A DNA stretch of 60,216 nucleotides, from positions 1 through 60,216 of IMG/VR virus record IMGVR_UViG_3300044783_000109, one strand, 5' to 3'. The number at the start of each line of letters is the position of its first letter. Positions within the stretch are counted from its first letter, which is position 1. Positions 15,520 through 23,410 of this stretch are shown here, one piece after another. A model generated the notes under the pieces. The model saw only the letters and a program-made list of their open reading frames with translations. It was not told where the DNA came from and made no database searches. The translations under genes and the position numbers were made by a program. Origin of the DNA: a virus.

Positions 15520-15746
15520 GCAAGTCAGTCTCTGCCAAGTCCAGCCGCCGTCCGACGCTGCGCGAGGTGCGCGAACTGGATGAGCGCATTGAGTCCCTGA
15601 TAAAGATATGCAGAGGATTACGAGAGGAATTGGCAGCACTGGAGAGACGCACCAATCGCGTGCGCCTCGAATGCTCTGAAGATTATATCTGGCCCTGGAT
15701 TTCCCGCGCCCGCGTGCGGCGGATACTGAGGGGGGAGGAGAAGTGA
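15516..15746 (+). CDS. Small putative DNA-binding protein; paralogue of 23407..23619
   Basis: Shares RPT-x-RE ... EC-x2-D-x3-PW(I/V)S-x2-R(V/I)R-x3-RG(E/D) with the ORF preceding the sigma factors. Confidence 0.6.
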   Translation: MSKSVSAKSSRRPTLREVRELDERIESLIKICRGLREELAALERRTNRVRLECSEDYIWPWISRARVRRILRGEEK

Positions 15747-16045
15747 GCGATTGCATGCCGGCCGTCTTCCGGGGTGGACCAATCGATGGAGACAAATCCG
15801 GCGTTGGAATTCTCGACGACGGCACTCTCCCAGAAGCATTCTGGCTCAGTATGCGGAAGCGTCGCTGCAAGCCGAGGGCCTACGCGCTCTATCGCCGCGA
15901 CGGGACGATCGAGGATGGGCGCCACGTCTTTCGCTACGTGCGTTCGGGGACGCACGAGAACGATCCGGAGGTGCGTCAGGCAATCGAGGAGGAGTGGAAG
16001 GAAGCCAAGGCGGCGCACCTTGCGAAAAAGGAGGTGCGGCCGTGA
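15743..16045 (+). CDS. Hypothetical protein (100 aa)
   Basis: GTGA-coupled GTG start. Confidence 0.55.
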   Translation: MSDCMPAVFRGGPIDGDKSGVGILDDGTLPEAFWLSMRKRRCKPRAYALYRRDGTIEDGRHVFRYVRSGTHENDPEVRQAIEEEWKEAKAAHLAKKEVRP

Positions 16046-16587
16046 CCTGCTCCGAGTACCTCGACGCCCACGAAGCTGGGCACATAAAGAAGCTCCGGAT
16101 GGACCTGGCAAACGCCTTCTATGCCGGCGTCGAGCAGGGCCAGCTGCGCCGCGGCTTCGATCGCGCCTACCTGGATGCGGTGAAGTCAGACAACGAAGTG
16201 CTTAGGAGGGCCCTGGAGCTTTCGCAGGAGGCAAACCATGTCTGTATCGATGCAGAGATCAAAATCCGCGCGGCCGTCCGCAAGCACCGTGACGCCCGCG
16301 GGCACGACCGCTGCTGGCTGAACGACCTCGAGCTCTACCGCGCCCTGGGCGAGCCCGTGCCGGACGATCCGGGGCTGCCGTCGCACGGAGAGTTCATGAT
16401 GCGCTGCGAGGAGTACTTCGCCGGGCAGTGTCGACTGAGAAGGGAGGGCGAGGGCCGCCTCGGCATCTCCAACCCCAAGGCGCACTACACATGCCCGCAC
16501 TGCCAGCGCACGGTGCGGCACGCTGACGACAAGGGCTGTGGAATTCGAGCGTGTACGCCGTGCGCCCAGAAACGAGGTGAGCTGTGA
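16042..16587 (+). CDS. Hypothetical protein (181 aa) with HDRCWLND motif and C-terminal Cys pairs
   Basis: GTGA-coupled GTG inside track ORF 15751..16587. C-terminal CPHC ... CTPC. Confidence 0.6.
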   Translation: MTCSEYLDAHEAGHIKKLRMDLANAFYAGVEQGQLRRGFDRAYLDAVKSDNEVLRRALELSQEANHVCIDAEIKIRAAVRKHRDARGHDRCWLNDLELYRALGEPVPDDPGLPSHGEFMMRCEEYFAGQCRLRREGEGRLGISNPKAHYTCPHCQRTVRHADDKGCGIRACTPCAQKRGEL

Positions 16588-16862
16588 TCTGCTGCGGTTC
16601 CGAGCGCACGAGCGCCTACTGCCCACACTGCGGGAAGAAGCTCACGGATAAACACGGGCTCGAAGGTCTCGTGGCGCAGTGTCACAAAGTTGTAAAACGT
16701 ACCGTCACGGAGGCCCGCAAGTGGGAAGCGAGGGCGCTCGATGGCAGTAACAGGCACGCAGAGAGGTGGGGCAAATCTGCCCGCGCCTCTTCGGTGAAGT
16801 GGGGCGAGTGGGCGAAGCTTCTTGAGGAACTGATGCAAACAAAGGCAACGAAAGGAGAGTGA
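16584..16862 (+). CDS. Zinc-ribbon hypothetical protein (92 aa)
   Basis: GTGA-coupled; CCGS...CPHCG. Confidence 0.55.
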   Translation: MICCGSERTSAYCPHCGKKLTDKHGLEGLVAQCHKVVKRTVTEARKWEARALDGSNRHAERWGKSARASSVKWGEWAKLLEELMQTKATKGE

Positions 16863-16865
16863 GCG

Positions 16866-17078
16866 ATGGAAGGTATAGGCACCGTAAAAGAATCAGAGAC
16901 ACTGGAGGAGTGGAAAGTTGCGTGTCTTGCCGCCAGAAGATTCGAGAAGCGGTTCCATCATATGTGCGCGATGATTTACGATGAGACGCTCTGCCCTCAC
17001 ACCAAACAGCCGGAGGATGTCCTGTGGGACATCCTGAAGGAAGCGAAGGCATTGGCGAAACGTTTTTACTTTGACTGA
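16866..17078 (+). CDS. Hypothetical protein (70 aa)
   Basis: ORF track. Confidence 0.55.
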   Translation: MEGIGTVKESETLEEWKVACLAARRFEKRFHHMCAMIYDETLCPHTKQPEDVLWDILKEAKALAKRFYFD

Positions 17079-17090
17079 AAAGGATTCCGC

Positions 17091-17246
17091 ATGAAACCAG
17101 CACCCAGCCCCGTCGAGACCTTGGCCCGCGCATTTGCGGCGCTGACGAAACGCCAGAAGTCCAACCTGCTGTACCATCTTAAGGCGAAACGGAAATGGCT
17201 CTGTGGCACGGCGGCGCATTTGTTTTGGCGTGACGACGCCATCTGA
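17091..17246 (+). CDS. Micro-ORF (51 aa), unannotated in the track
   Basis: ATG preceded by AAAGGA. Sequence MKPAPSPVETLARAFAALTKRQKSNLLYHLKAKRKW... Confidence 0.45.
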   Translation: MKPAPSPVETLARAFAALTKRQKSNLLYHLKAKRKWLCGTAAHLFWRDDAI

Positions 17247-17273
17247 CCTGCCCAGGGAGGCGGCGCCCGTGCG

Positions 17274-17456
17274 GTGCCAAAATGCTTGTTTATGGACCAC
17301 CAACCATCTCATGCGGTGATGGCCACATTGCAACGGTTGAAGAATGCGCTTCCTTGTTATCCAGAAAGTGTTTACCTGGATGCCTTAAGTGATGCCACGC
17401 CCTCCCAGGTTCGCGCCGCGATACGCCGGGCGTGCGGAGGGGGCAAGATTGATTAA
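17274..17456 (+). CDS. Hypothetical protein (60 aa) whose 3' end lies in direct-repeat copy 1
   Basis: GTG start 13 nt after GGGAGG. Ends ...AAIRRACGGGKID*. Confidence 0.45.
   Translation: MPKCLFMDHQPSHAVMATLQRLKNALPCYPESVYLDALSDATPSQVRAAIRRACGGGKID
17421..17441 (+). repeat. 21-bp direct repeat, copy 1 (ATACGCCGGGCGTGCGGAGGG)
   Basis: Identical to 17891..17911. Contains the palindrome ACGCC-G-GGCGT. Confidence 0.95.
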
Positions 17457-17890
17457 CCGAGGTGGCTGCTTGCTGGATAGACAGCGTAAAGCCGAACACA
17501 CAAGGCGGCGGGGACGAAGCCGTGGGAGCCGAGAGGCACAGCCGGCCAGGAGAACTGTAAATGGCGATAGATCGTAGTACATGCCCTACGAGCACTCTTG
17601 GATTTGAGCGCCAAGACCTCAGCGCAACTCGGGTAGTACCGAGGGAATTCCACCACGGCCTAATACGCCAGCGATGCTCTCCTGGGAGGCGTGAGCCGTC
17701 AGTACCAGGATCTCTCGCCAGCCACCTCTTTGAAATGTGCGGTGCGCGAATGCGACCGGAAGTGATCGGACAAGCTCGGGTAGGTACGAACGGGAGGCTG
17801 TGGATGAATCCTTCCACGGCATGCCTGGACCTCTGTGGCTTTATTACGGCTGGACTGCGCCGATCTGCTGAAGTCCAGGCCGCACTTTTT
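17442..17890 (+). other. 449-bp lower-GC non-coding spacer between the direct repeats (candidate inserted element / ncRNA locus)
   Basis: The only ORF here (17561..17920) has mixed third-position usage, unlike its neighbours. Features: 10-bp long-range pairing 17459-17468/17719-17728, several hairpins, and an end reading CACTTTTT. Confidence 0.5.
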
Positions 17891-17911
17891 ATACGCCGGG
17901 CGTGCGGAGGG
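17891..17911 (+). repeat. 21-bp direct repeat, copy 2
   Basis: Identical to copy 1. In phase it reads IRRACGGKL*, and its stop overlaps the next ATG (ATGA at 17917-17920). Confidence 0.95.
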
Positions 17912-17916
17912 AAGCT

Positions 17917-18015
17917 ATGAGCGTTGTTTTATTCACTTGGTTATTCACTTGGCTGGGTGGATTTGGAATCGGCATATTCGTTGGTTGGATTGTGTTTACA
18001 CAAAGGAAGCCATGA
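17917..18015 (+). CDS. Micro-ORF, hydrophobic peptide (32 aa) with internal 12-bp tandem duplication
   Basis: ATGA overlaps at both ends. Sequence MSVVLFTWLFTWLGGFGIGIFVGWIVFTQRKP. TTATTCACTTGG is repeated twice. AT-richer than its surroundings. Confidence 0.45.
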   Translation: MSVVLFTWLFTWLGGFGIGIFVGWIVFTQRKP

Positions 18016-18230
18016 GCGAGAGATTCTGGCCAACAATCGCCAGCGTCCGAGATCTGCAAGACTGCCTACTCTACCGCGGGCATGACGAGATACTTATTCG
18101 ACGTTGGGATATTGACACTATTTTGCGCGCTTACGTGTCGCTTGTTGATATGTCAACAGTCCAGCGCAACAGGGTGATCGCCGAGATTCGGCGCGGGCCG
18201 AAGGTGCCGCTGAAAGGAACGAAGCCATGA
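18012..18230 (+). CDS. Hypothetical protein (72 aa)
   Basis: ATGA-coupled internal ATG of track ORF 17835..18230. Confidence 0.55.
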   Translation: MSERFWPTIASVRDLQDCLLYRGHDEILIRRWDIDTILRAYVSLVDMSTVQRNRVIAEIRRGPKVPLKGTKP

Positions 18231-18589
18231 CCCACGACGGCGGTTTTCAGCGACTGGTGAATGTGTGCAAAGCGTGTGCATTTACGCCAGAGGGTACGGC
18301 AAAGCTTGCTGTGGAATTCGACAAGGCCCTTTCCGCCGCCGATCCTGGCGCGGTCACGGAGATCATCGAGGCCGCGAAACAGGCATTGAGCGTCTATGAT
18401 AAACGAGCAGAGTTGTTTCACCGAGAACATTTCCCGGATGCCATGGGGCAATTAGCAGACGCCCTGGCCCGGCTCGCGCCGAAGGTGCCGGCGGCTGATT
18501 GCGGGAGATGCAAAGGGAGCGGAGTTGATCCGCGCAAGCTTTCTGAAACATGTAGCGTCTGCGGCGGCGACGGGAAGGAGAAGCGATGA
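18227..18589 (+). CDS. Protein with DnaJ-type CxxCxGxG zinc-finger pair (120 aa)
   Basis: CGRCKGSG and CSVCGGDG near the C-terminus. Confidence 0.65.
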   Translation: MTHDGGFQRLVNVCKACAFTPEGTAKLAVEFDKALSAADPGAVTEIIEAAKQALSVYDKRAELFHREHFPDAMGQLADALARLAPKVPAADCGRCKGSGVDPRKLSETCSVCGGDGKEKR

Positions 18590-18813
18590 GCGAGCGTTGG
18601 CGCGAGGCGTACCGTGATTGGTGGCTACGTGTTGGCGAGCATGCCGCCGGCTCCGGTACGGAGGTCGGCTTTCAGGCCGGCTACCATGCTCGCGGCGAGG
18701 ACGTGGATATTCTCCAGGCGCAGCTTGACGAAATGCGGCTGGACCGCGATGGGCTCTTGCGCGAGATCGAGCGGCTCGAGGCCCAGCGGGCTGGGGAGGA
18801 GTCAGCGAAATGA
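18586..18813 (+). CDS. Hypothetical protein (75 aa)
   Basis: ORF track; ATGA coupling. Confidence 0.55.
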   Translation: MSERWREAYRDWWLRVGEHAAGSGTEVGFQAGYHARGEDVDILQAQLDEMRLDRDGLLREIERLEAQRAGEESAK

Positions 18814-19034
18814 ACGAAGTGAAAATCCGCAAGGTCAGTAACGGCTACGTCGTGCAAGGCGCGAGCTACGACAGCGAAGATGTCTACGTCACCCTCGATG
18901 ACGTGATGGAGGATCTGCTTATGCGCTTTGAAGGGCGGTACCCAGACGCTGGCGGCGAGTGCTACGGCCGCGTCACGATCGATCGCACGGAGCCGGCCGC
19001 GCCGGCTGGGAGGACCGACCATGGCGAGCAGTGA
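18810..19034 (+). CDS. Hypothetical protein (74 aa)
   Basis: ORF track; ATGA coupling. Confidence 0.55.
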   Translation: MNEVKIRKVSNGYVVQGASYDSEDVYVTLDDVMEDLLMRFEGRYPDAGGECYGRVTIDRTEPAAPAGRTDHGEQ

Positions 19035-19596
19035 GCCGTTGACGGCGGTAGAGCTGAAGGTGATCGAGGCGCGATTCAACTCCGTCATCCATTCTGACAC
19101 CACTGCCGGAGTGGTGACGGACACCGGCACGGAGAAACGCTGCGCCGGGACGAACGCCGACGGCCTGCGCCTGGTGGAGGAGGTGCGGCGGCTGCGAGTC
19201 CGGCTCGAGGCGGCGGAGAAGGAGCGCGACGCCCTGCGCGTCGAGCATTTCGCAGCGGAGAATGGGCGGGCTGTGGCGGAGAGGGAGCGCGACGAGGCGC
19301 GAATTGAGGTTGAGGTTCTTGCTGCTATATCTGACCAGCAACAGAAGTGGCTGGAGGACAAGAGGATTCAGCCCCAACAGTTACTTTATGAACGTGAACG
19401 ATTCTTGTTAAAGCTGGTGAAGGAGCGCGACGCCCTCCGCGCCGAGCTGGCAACAGCTCGCGGCATGGTAGATACCTGGCATTCACGAGCCGAGTCGCAC
19501 AGAGCGGCAGCAGACTTCACTGAGCAGGACAATGCGAGGGTCCGCGCCCGCGTCAAGGAACTGGAATCGTTTCTCTCTGCGTACAAAGGAATATGA
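19021..19596 (+). CDS. Coiled-coil hypothetical protein (191 aa)
   Basis: Internal ATG of track ORF 18928..19596. Contains heptad-like charged repeats. Confidence 0.6.
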   Translation: MASSEPLTAVELKVIEARFNSVIHSDTTAGVVTDTGTEKRCAGTNADGLRLVEEVRRLRVRLEAAEKERDALRVEHFAAENGRAVAERERDEARIEVEVLAAISDQQQKWLEDKRIQPQQLLYERERFLLKLVKERDALRAELATARGMVDTWHSRAESHRAAADFTEQDNARVRARVKELESFLSAYKGI

Positions 19597-19656
19597 GCAC
19601 CGAAAACAAAAGGAATGACCTGCCGGGCCGTTAGTAGGCACGCGAGGTAACCGACA

Positions 19657-19920
19657 ATGGCAAAGAGGCGCAAGGGACAACGCGAACGAGAGGCTGGAAA
19701 ACGCCGTAGGCGTGTCGTCGTATCTCGATACGACGGAGCCGCGTGGAGGAGGTTGAAGCTCGGTCGCAAAAAGTCAGGGATCGACCTGGCGAAGTTCCTC
19801 GCAGCAAAGCCTCGATGCCATCAGCGTGTGGCCGATAGCCGAACACCGGACGGGCTGGCGAGCACTGGAGTCTCCACTGTAGGTCCAGCCTCCCGGCAGG
19901 TTTCTCAAGGAGAAGCATGA
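19657..19920 (+). CDS. Basic hypothetical protein (87 aa)
   Basis: ORF track; ATGA overlap with the next gene. Composition is only moderately protein-like. Confidence 0.35.
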   Translation: MAKRRKGQREREAGKRRRRVVVSRYDGAAWRRLKLGRKKSGIDLAKFLAAKPRCHQRVADSRTPDGLASTGVSTVGPASRQVSQGEA

Positions 19921-20138
19921 ATCCAGAAATCGAAAAGTACAAGCGAATCAGGGCTGCCCGCGAAGAATGGTTTGGATCGCGTGAGGGCAAGGACTGTGCG
20001 GAGGTTTGCCGCCTCTCGGCCGAGCCAGGACAAGAGAGCTTTCTCCAGCTCGAATTGGAGCGGGCCTGGCTGGCAGGGTTCAGTGCGCGCGACAGAATGG
20101 CGGATGGCGAAGGAAAGGCGAAAGGAGAACCATGTTGA
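19917..20138 (+). CDS. Hypothetical protein (73 aa)
   Basis: ORF track. Confidence 0.55.
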   Translation: MNPEIEKYKRIRAAREEWFGSREGKDCAEVCRLSAEPGQESFLQLELERAWLAGFSARDRMADGEGKAKGEPC

Positions 20139-20350
20139 AAACGACCTGCAATGAGAAGGCGAGCCACCGAGCGTTTTGGCCCGGTTGTGAGCCAATCGAT
20201 ATTTGCCAGAAGCATGTGGTGCAGCTCCGGAATGTTGCCGCGGCGCTAGGATTCTATTGCCACACAGAACCGGTCGATGACGACGAGGTGCGCTGCGCGC
20301 AGAAGGTTCCAGCGCAGCCCGCCGCGGGCGAAGGGGCGGGGGCGCCGTGA
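20132..20350 (+). CDS. Hypothetical Cys-containing protein (72 aa)
   Basis: ATG after AAAGGAGAACC, inside track ORF 20006..20350. Confidence 0.55.
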   Translation: MLKTTCNEKASHRAFWPGCEPIDICQKHVVQLRNVAAALGFYCHTEPVDDDEVRCAQKVPAQPAAGEGAGAP

Positions 20351-20514
20351 AGCGCAAAAAACGCAGCACAAGACTGTGCCCGCGCTGCCTTGGACGTGGC
20401 ACCATCATGTACAGAGCCGGCTTTCGTGGAGGCGGCACGAAGCGTTGCTATGATTGCAATGGCGTCGGGTACATTCCCGCCCCCGCCGCCGGGCGGAGCG
20501 AGGAGAAGCCGTGA
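20347..20514 (+). CDS. Micro-ORF (55 aa) with DnaJ-type CxxCxGxG pair, unannotated in the track
   Basis: GTGA overlaps at both ends. Motifs CPRCLGRG and CYDCNGVG. Confidence 0.5.
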   Translation: MKRKKRSTRLCPRCLGRGTIMYRAGFRGGGTKRCYDCNGVGYIPAPAAGRSEEKP

Positions 20515-20711
20515 AAATCTACTACACAGAAATGTGCGTTCGCCACAAGCGCAAGATTGCTAAGCTATGGACTGGCCACGTAGAGCACGATCACGGCTCA
20601 CAGAAAACAACTGCTGGGTTCTGCTCAAAGGAATGCTCTTTGAGAGCGGTCTCCCGCGCAGACGGCTGTTGCGGGGCGTGGAAGAAGTGGATGGGGAGGA
20701 TCGAGGCATGA
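20511..20711 (+). CDS. Hypothetical Cys-rich protein (66 aa)
   Basis: GTGA-coupled GTG inside track ORF 20454..20711. Confidence 0.5.
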   Translation: MKIYYTEMCVRHKRKIAKLWTGHVEHDHGSQKTTAGFCSKECSLRAVSRADGCCGAWKKWMGRIEA

Positions 20712-20723
20712 GCGCAAATTGAC

Positions 20724-21053
20724 ATGAACATGCACATTGATGATTTTGAGCGTGGGCAATTTGTTGTCGTGACTGGATGCATCTATAACCCAGAAGATAG
20801 GAGTCTGCGTGGTGAGATCCTGGAGGTTCTCCATGTCGATCTTCCGTTCATCTTGGTGGAGGATCGATCGAGTACTATACGGAGATTTGTACGCAAGAGA
20901 CATCTGGATACTCGGGAGTGGAAGTTCAAGATACCATCTTCAGAGTACGTCAAGTTGAAGCTGGAGGAAGCTGCTGAATCTGATCGAAGGTCTGAAGCTT
21001 TGCGAATGGCGCAACAGAGAGAGAATTCACTTAGATGGAGGATCAAGCCGTGA
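20724..21053 (+). CDS. Hypothetical protein (109 aa), AT-richer gene
   Basis: ORF track. Confidence 0.55.
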   Translation: MNMHIDDFERGQFVVVTGCIYNPEDRSLRGEILEVLHVDLPFILVEDRSSTIRRFVRKRHLDTREWKFKIPSSEYVKLKLEEAAESDRRSEALRMAQQRENSLRWRIKP

Positions 21054-21286
21054 GCGCAACCCCGCCCGACGCGATTCAGAAGCAGCTCGAGGAGCGGTTG
21101 AACTTACATCTGCAAAGGACCGAGTTTGAGCCATTGCTGGAAGATGCCGATGACCTCGCCCGTGAATGCGCGGCACTCCGGCGCCTGTGCGGCGAAGCGC
21201 GTGATTTCATCGGTGGCGGTAGCCACGAGCTACTGACGCGACTCGACAACGCATTTGCCGGCCTGCCGGTCGAGGAGGCGCGATGA
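21050..21286 (+). CDS. Hypothetical protein (78 aa)
   Basis: GTGA-coupled GTG in track ORF 21035..21286. Confidence 0.55.
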   Translation: MSATPPDAIQKQLEERLNLHLQRTEFEPLLEDADDLARECAALRRLCGEARDFIGGGSHELLTRLDNAFAGLPVEEAR

Positions 21287-21483
21287 GAGCAGAACGCGCA
21301 AAGCAGAATCGGCTTTTGAAGGCGCAGAGCGATTGTCTGCGGATCTTCCAGCCTGTGATCTGGACGGAGCAGGTGATACGTAACATCGTCGAGCACGCCT
21401 ATAACGCTGGCTGGATCGAGTGTGAGCGGCAATCGAAGAAGAGAAAACCGAAACCAAAACTCAACCCAAAGAAAGGAACGTGA
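21283..21483 (+). CDS. Hypothetical protein with Lys-rich tail (66 aa)
   Basis: ORF track; ATGA coupling. Confidence 0.55.
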   Translation: MRAERAKQNRLLKAQSDCLRIFQPVIWTEQVIRNIVEHAYNAGWIECERQSKKRKPKPKLNPKKGT

Positions 21484-22625
21484 ACGTGCTACAAGAAATC
21501 AACTCCGAGCTGACTGCCGCCCTGGGCAAAGTAAGGGACTTCGACGAGCTGACTCAACAGTACGCCGCGTGCGTCGAGGAGCGGAATCGCGCGCGGGTGC
21601 AGCTCGAGGCGGCGACGGCCGAGCGCGACTCGGCGCTGACAGCGAACGTCGGCCTGACTGCCAAAATCACCGAGCTGGGAGAGGCGCTCTCCACATGCGA
21701 GGCGAGGGTGAAAGACCTCGAGCGCCAGCTGGAGGAGGCGACGGCTCCACCGACGGAGCCCGTGCCAGAGCCTCAGCCGACACCAACCCCTCCACCTCCG
21801 CCAGAGCCTGAGCCGGCGCCTGCCGCGCCCTTCCTCTTCTCGGACAACTTCGCGACGCTGCCCGATACCGGGCGCTACGTCGTGGCCGCGCCGTCAGGAC
21901 TCAACCTCTACTCGGTCGGCGGCAACGTCCTGACCGTCCGTGTGAAGAGCGACCAGCCGCACGACGGGAACAACCGTCGCCGGACGGAATTCCGAGAGCG
22001 CGACACCACGCAGTCGAAGCAGATCCCGCGGCGCGAAAAGTTCCGTACCGTCTGCTGGTATTCAGCCTGGCTGCAAATCGTGAAGGCCGACTTCCCGCTG
22101 TCGGACATGAAGTTCTTGCCATTCCAGTGGCACGCGAGCGCCGACAAATCACTCGGCGAGCCCGACACCTCGCCGCCGCTGTCGGCCGAGATCCGCAACG
22201 GCCGCGTGAAGTTCGTCCAGAGGTCCTCGGACGTCAAGATTCTCACGACCTCCCCGCCGGCCGTCGACATTATCGAGGGGCCGACCAACGGCGTTGGCGC
22301 TCCGATCCCGCTGACCGACCTGTACGACAAGTGGGGCCATTTCCTCGTCCGCGCCGTCTGGGACTGGCGGACGCCCGGCAAGGACTACGGCGACGGGCTT
22401 GCGGCCGCTGGCGATCTGAAAATCTGGTTCAACGGCGCCCTGCTCTGGGACAAGGCGGGCCCGAACTGCTACCGCGACGAGCTCGGGCCGTACTTCAACT
22501 TTGGACTGTACGCTCCGCCGTTTGCGCTGGCGGAAGACCCAGCGCCTGGGCAGTCGCGGACGGTCAAGGTGCGGGATCTGCGGATCGGCGGGCCGGAGAG
22601 CAAGCTTGAGGACTTCCTCGGATGA
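21480..22625 (+). CDS. Coiled-coil + Pro-rich linker + polysaccharide-lyase-like (PL20/ConA-like) domain protein
   Basis: N-terminal coiled coil, PTEPVPEPQPTPTPPPPPEPEP linker, then R-T-E ... Y ... QWH ... PP ... WGHF ... IWFNG ... YFNFGLY. This is the pattern of the Pfam Polysacc_lyase-type fold. Confidence 0.6.
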   Translation: MNVLQEINSELTAALGKVRDFDELTQQYAACVEERNRARVQLEAATAERDSALTANVGLTAKITELGEALSTCEARVKDLERQLEEATAPPTEPVPEPQPTPTPPPPPEPEPAPAAPFLFSDNFATLPDTGRYVVAAPSGLNLYSVGGNVLTVRVKSDQPHDGNNRRRTEFRERDTTQSKQIPRREKFRTVCWYSAWLQIVKADFPLSDMKFLPFQWHASADKSLGEPDTSPPLSAEIRNGRVKFVQRSSDVKILTTSPPAVDIIEGPTNGVGAPIPLTDLYDKWGHFLVRAVWDWRTPGKDYGDGLAAAGDLKIWFNGALLWDKAGPNCYRDELGPYFNFGLYAPPFALAEDPAPGQSRTVKVRDLRIGGPESKLEDFLG

Positions 22626-23410
22626 CCTCTCAAGAGATCGCTGAGCCCAACACGATCCTCAAGGGCCTCGTCGGCAGCACCATCCACGGAACGGCGGTCA
22701 ACGACGGCCACGAGGACCAGGATTTCATGGGCGTCTGCCTCGAGCCGCCGGAGTGCGTGATCGGCTTCCGCCGGTTCGAGCAGTGGACGTGGAGATCGAA
22801 GCCGCAGGGCGAGCGGTCGATGGCAGGCGATACCGACCTCGTCATCTACTCCCTCCGCAAGTTCGCGCAGCTGGCCCTCGGCGGCAATCCCTCGGTGCTC
22901 CTCCTCCTTTTCGTCCCGCCCGAGAAGTGCGAGATCCGGCTCGGCCGTGGGGCGCAGCTGCAGGAGTTGGCCCCGGCCTTCGCCGCGCGTTCTGCAGGTC
23001 GGGCGTATCTCGGATATATGACGCAGCAGCACCGGCGCCTCGAGCACGATCTGGGGCAGAAGCCGAACCGCCCTGAGCTGGTGGAGAAGTACGGGTTCGA
23101 CACGAAGTACGCGATGCAGATCCTCCGCCTCGGGTTCCAGGGAATCGAGTTCCTCACCACCGGTCGGCTGCAGCTGCCCATGGAGGAGCGGATCCGGACG
23201 CACCTCCGTGGCGTGCGCCTCGGCGCGCGCACGCTCGTCGAGGTGCTCGAGGAAGCGTCGGTTCTCGAGGCGGGGATCAAGGCGCTGTGCGAATTGGGCC
23301 CGCTGCCGGCTGAGCCCGATCGGGAGCGCGTCGAGCGATTTGTCATCGACAGCTATGTCGAGTGGTGGAAGGCGAAGTCGCTGTTCAGCGTGGAGGCGAG
23401 AGGAAGATGA
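22622..23410 (+). CDS. RlaP-type (PF10127-like) nucleotidyltransferase
   Basis: GSTIHGTAVNDGHEDQDFMGV (G-S...D-x-D), KFAQLALGGNPSVLLLLF, YLGYMTQQ, YGFDTKYAMQILRL. Confidence 0.6.
   Translation: MTSQEIAEPNTILKGLVGSTIHGTAVNDGHEDQDFMGVCLEPPECVIGFRRFEQWTWRSKPQGERSMAGDTDLVIYSLRKFAQLALGGNPSVLLLLFVPPEKCEIRLGRGAQLQELAPAFAARSAGRAYLGYMTQQHRRLEHDLGQKPNRPELVEKYGFDTKYAMQILRLGFQGIEFLTTGRLQLPMEERIRTHLRGVRLGARTLVEVLEEASVLEAGIKALCELGPLPAEPDRERVERFVIDSYVEWWKAKSLFSVEARGR

Noticed and set aside
17457-17600. Partial resemblance to riboswitch cores: GCCAGGAGAACTG versus the B12 box, and GGGGACGAAGCC versus the c-di-GMP-I core
   Set aside because: Only short fragments match. The accompanying conserved elements (the AGGGAA/CCCGC-ACUGU elements for cobalamin, the GGCAAACC hairpin for GEMM) are absent.
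17421-17911. Group I intron interpretation of the repeat-bounded spacer
   Set aside because: Splice sites inside identical repeats would require the same nucleotide to be both the exon-terminal U and the intron-terminal G. No P7/J8-7-type conserved elements (such as AGACUA) were seen. Direct repeats are not a feature of group I or group II introns.
17561-17920. 119-aa ORF inside the spacer between the 21-bp repeats
   Set aside because: Third-position GC is visibly far lower than in neighbouring genes. The composition is not protein-like and no RBS is evident. It is kept only as an alternative to be excluded by homology or Ribo-seq.
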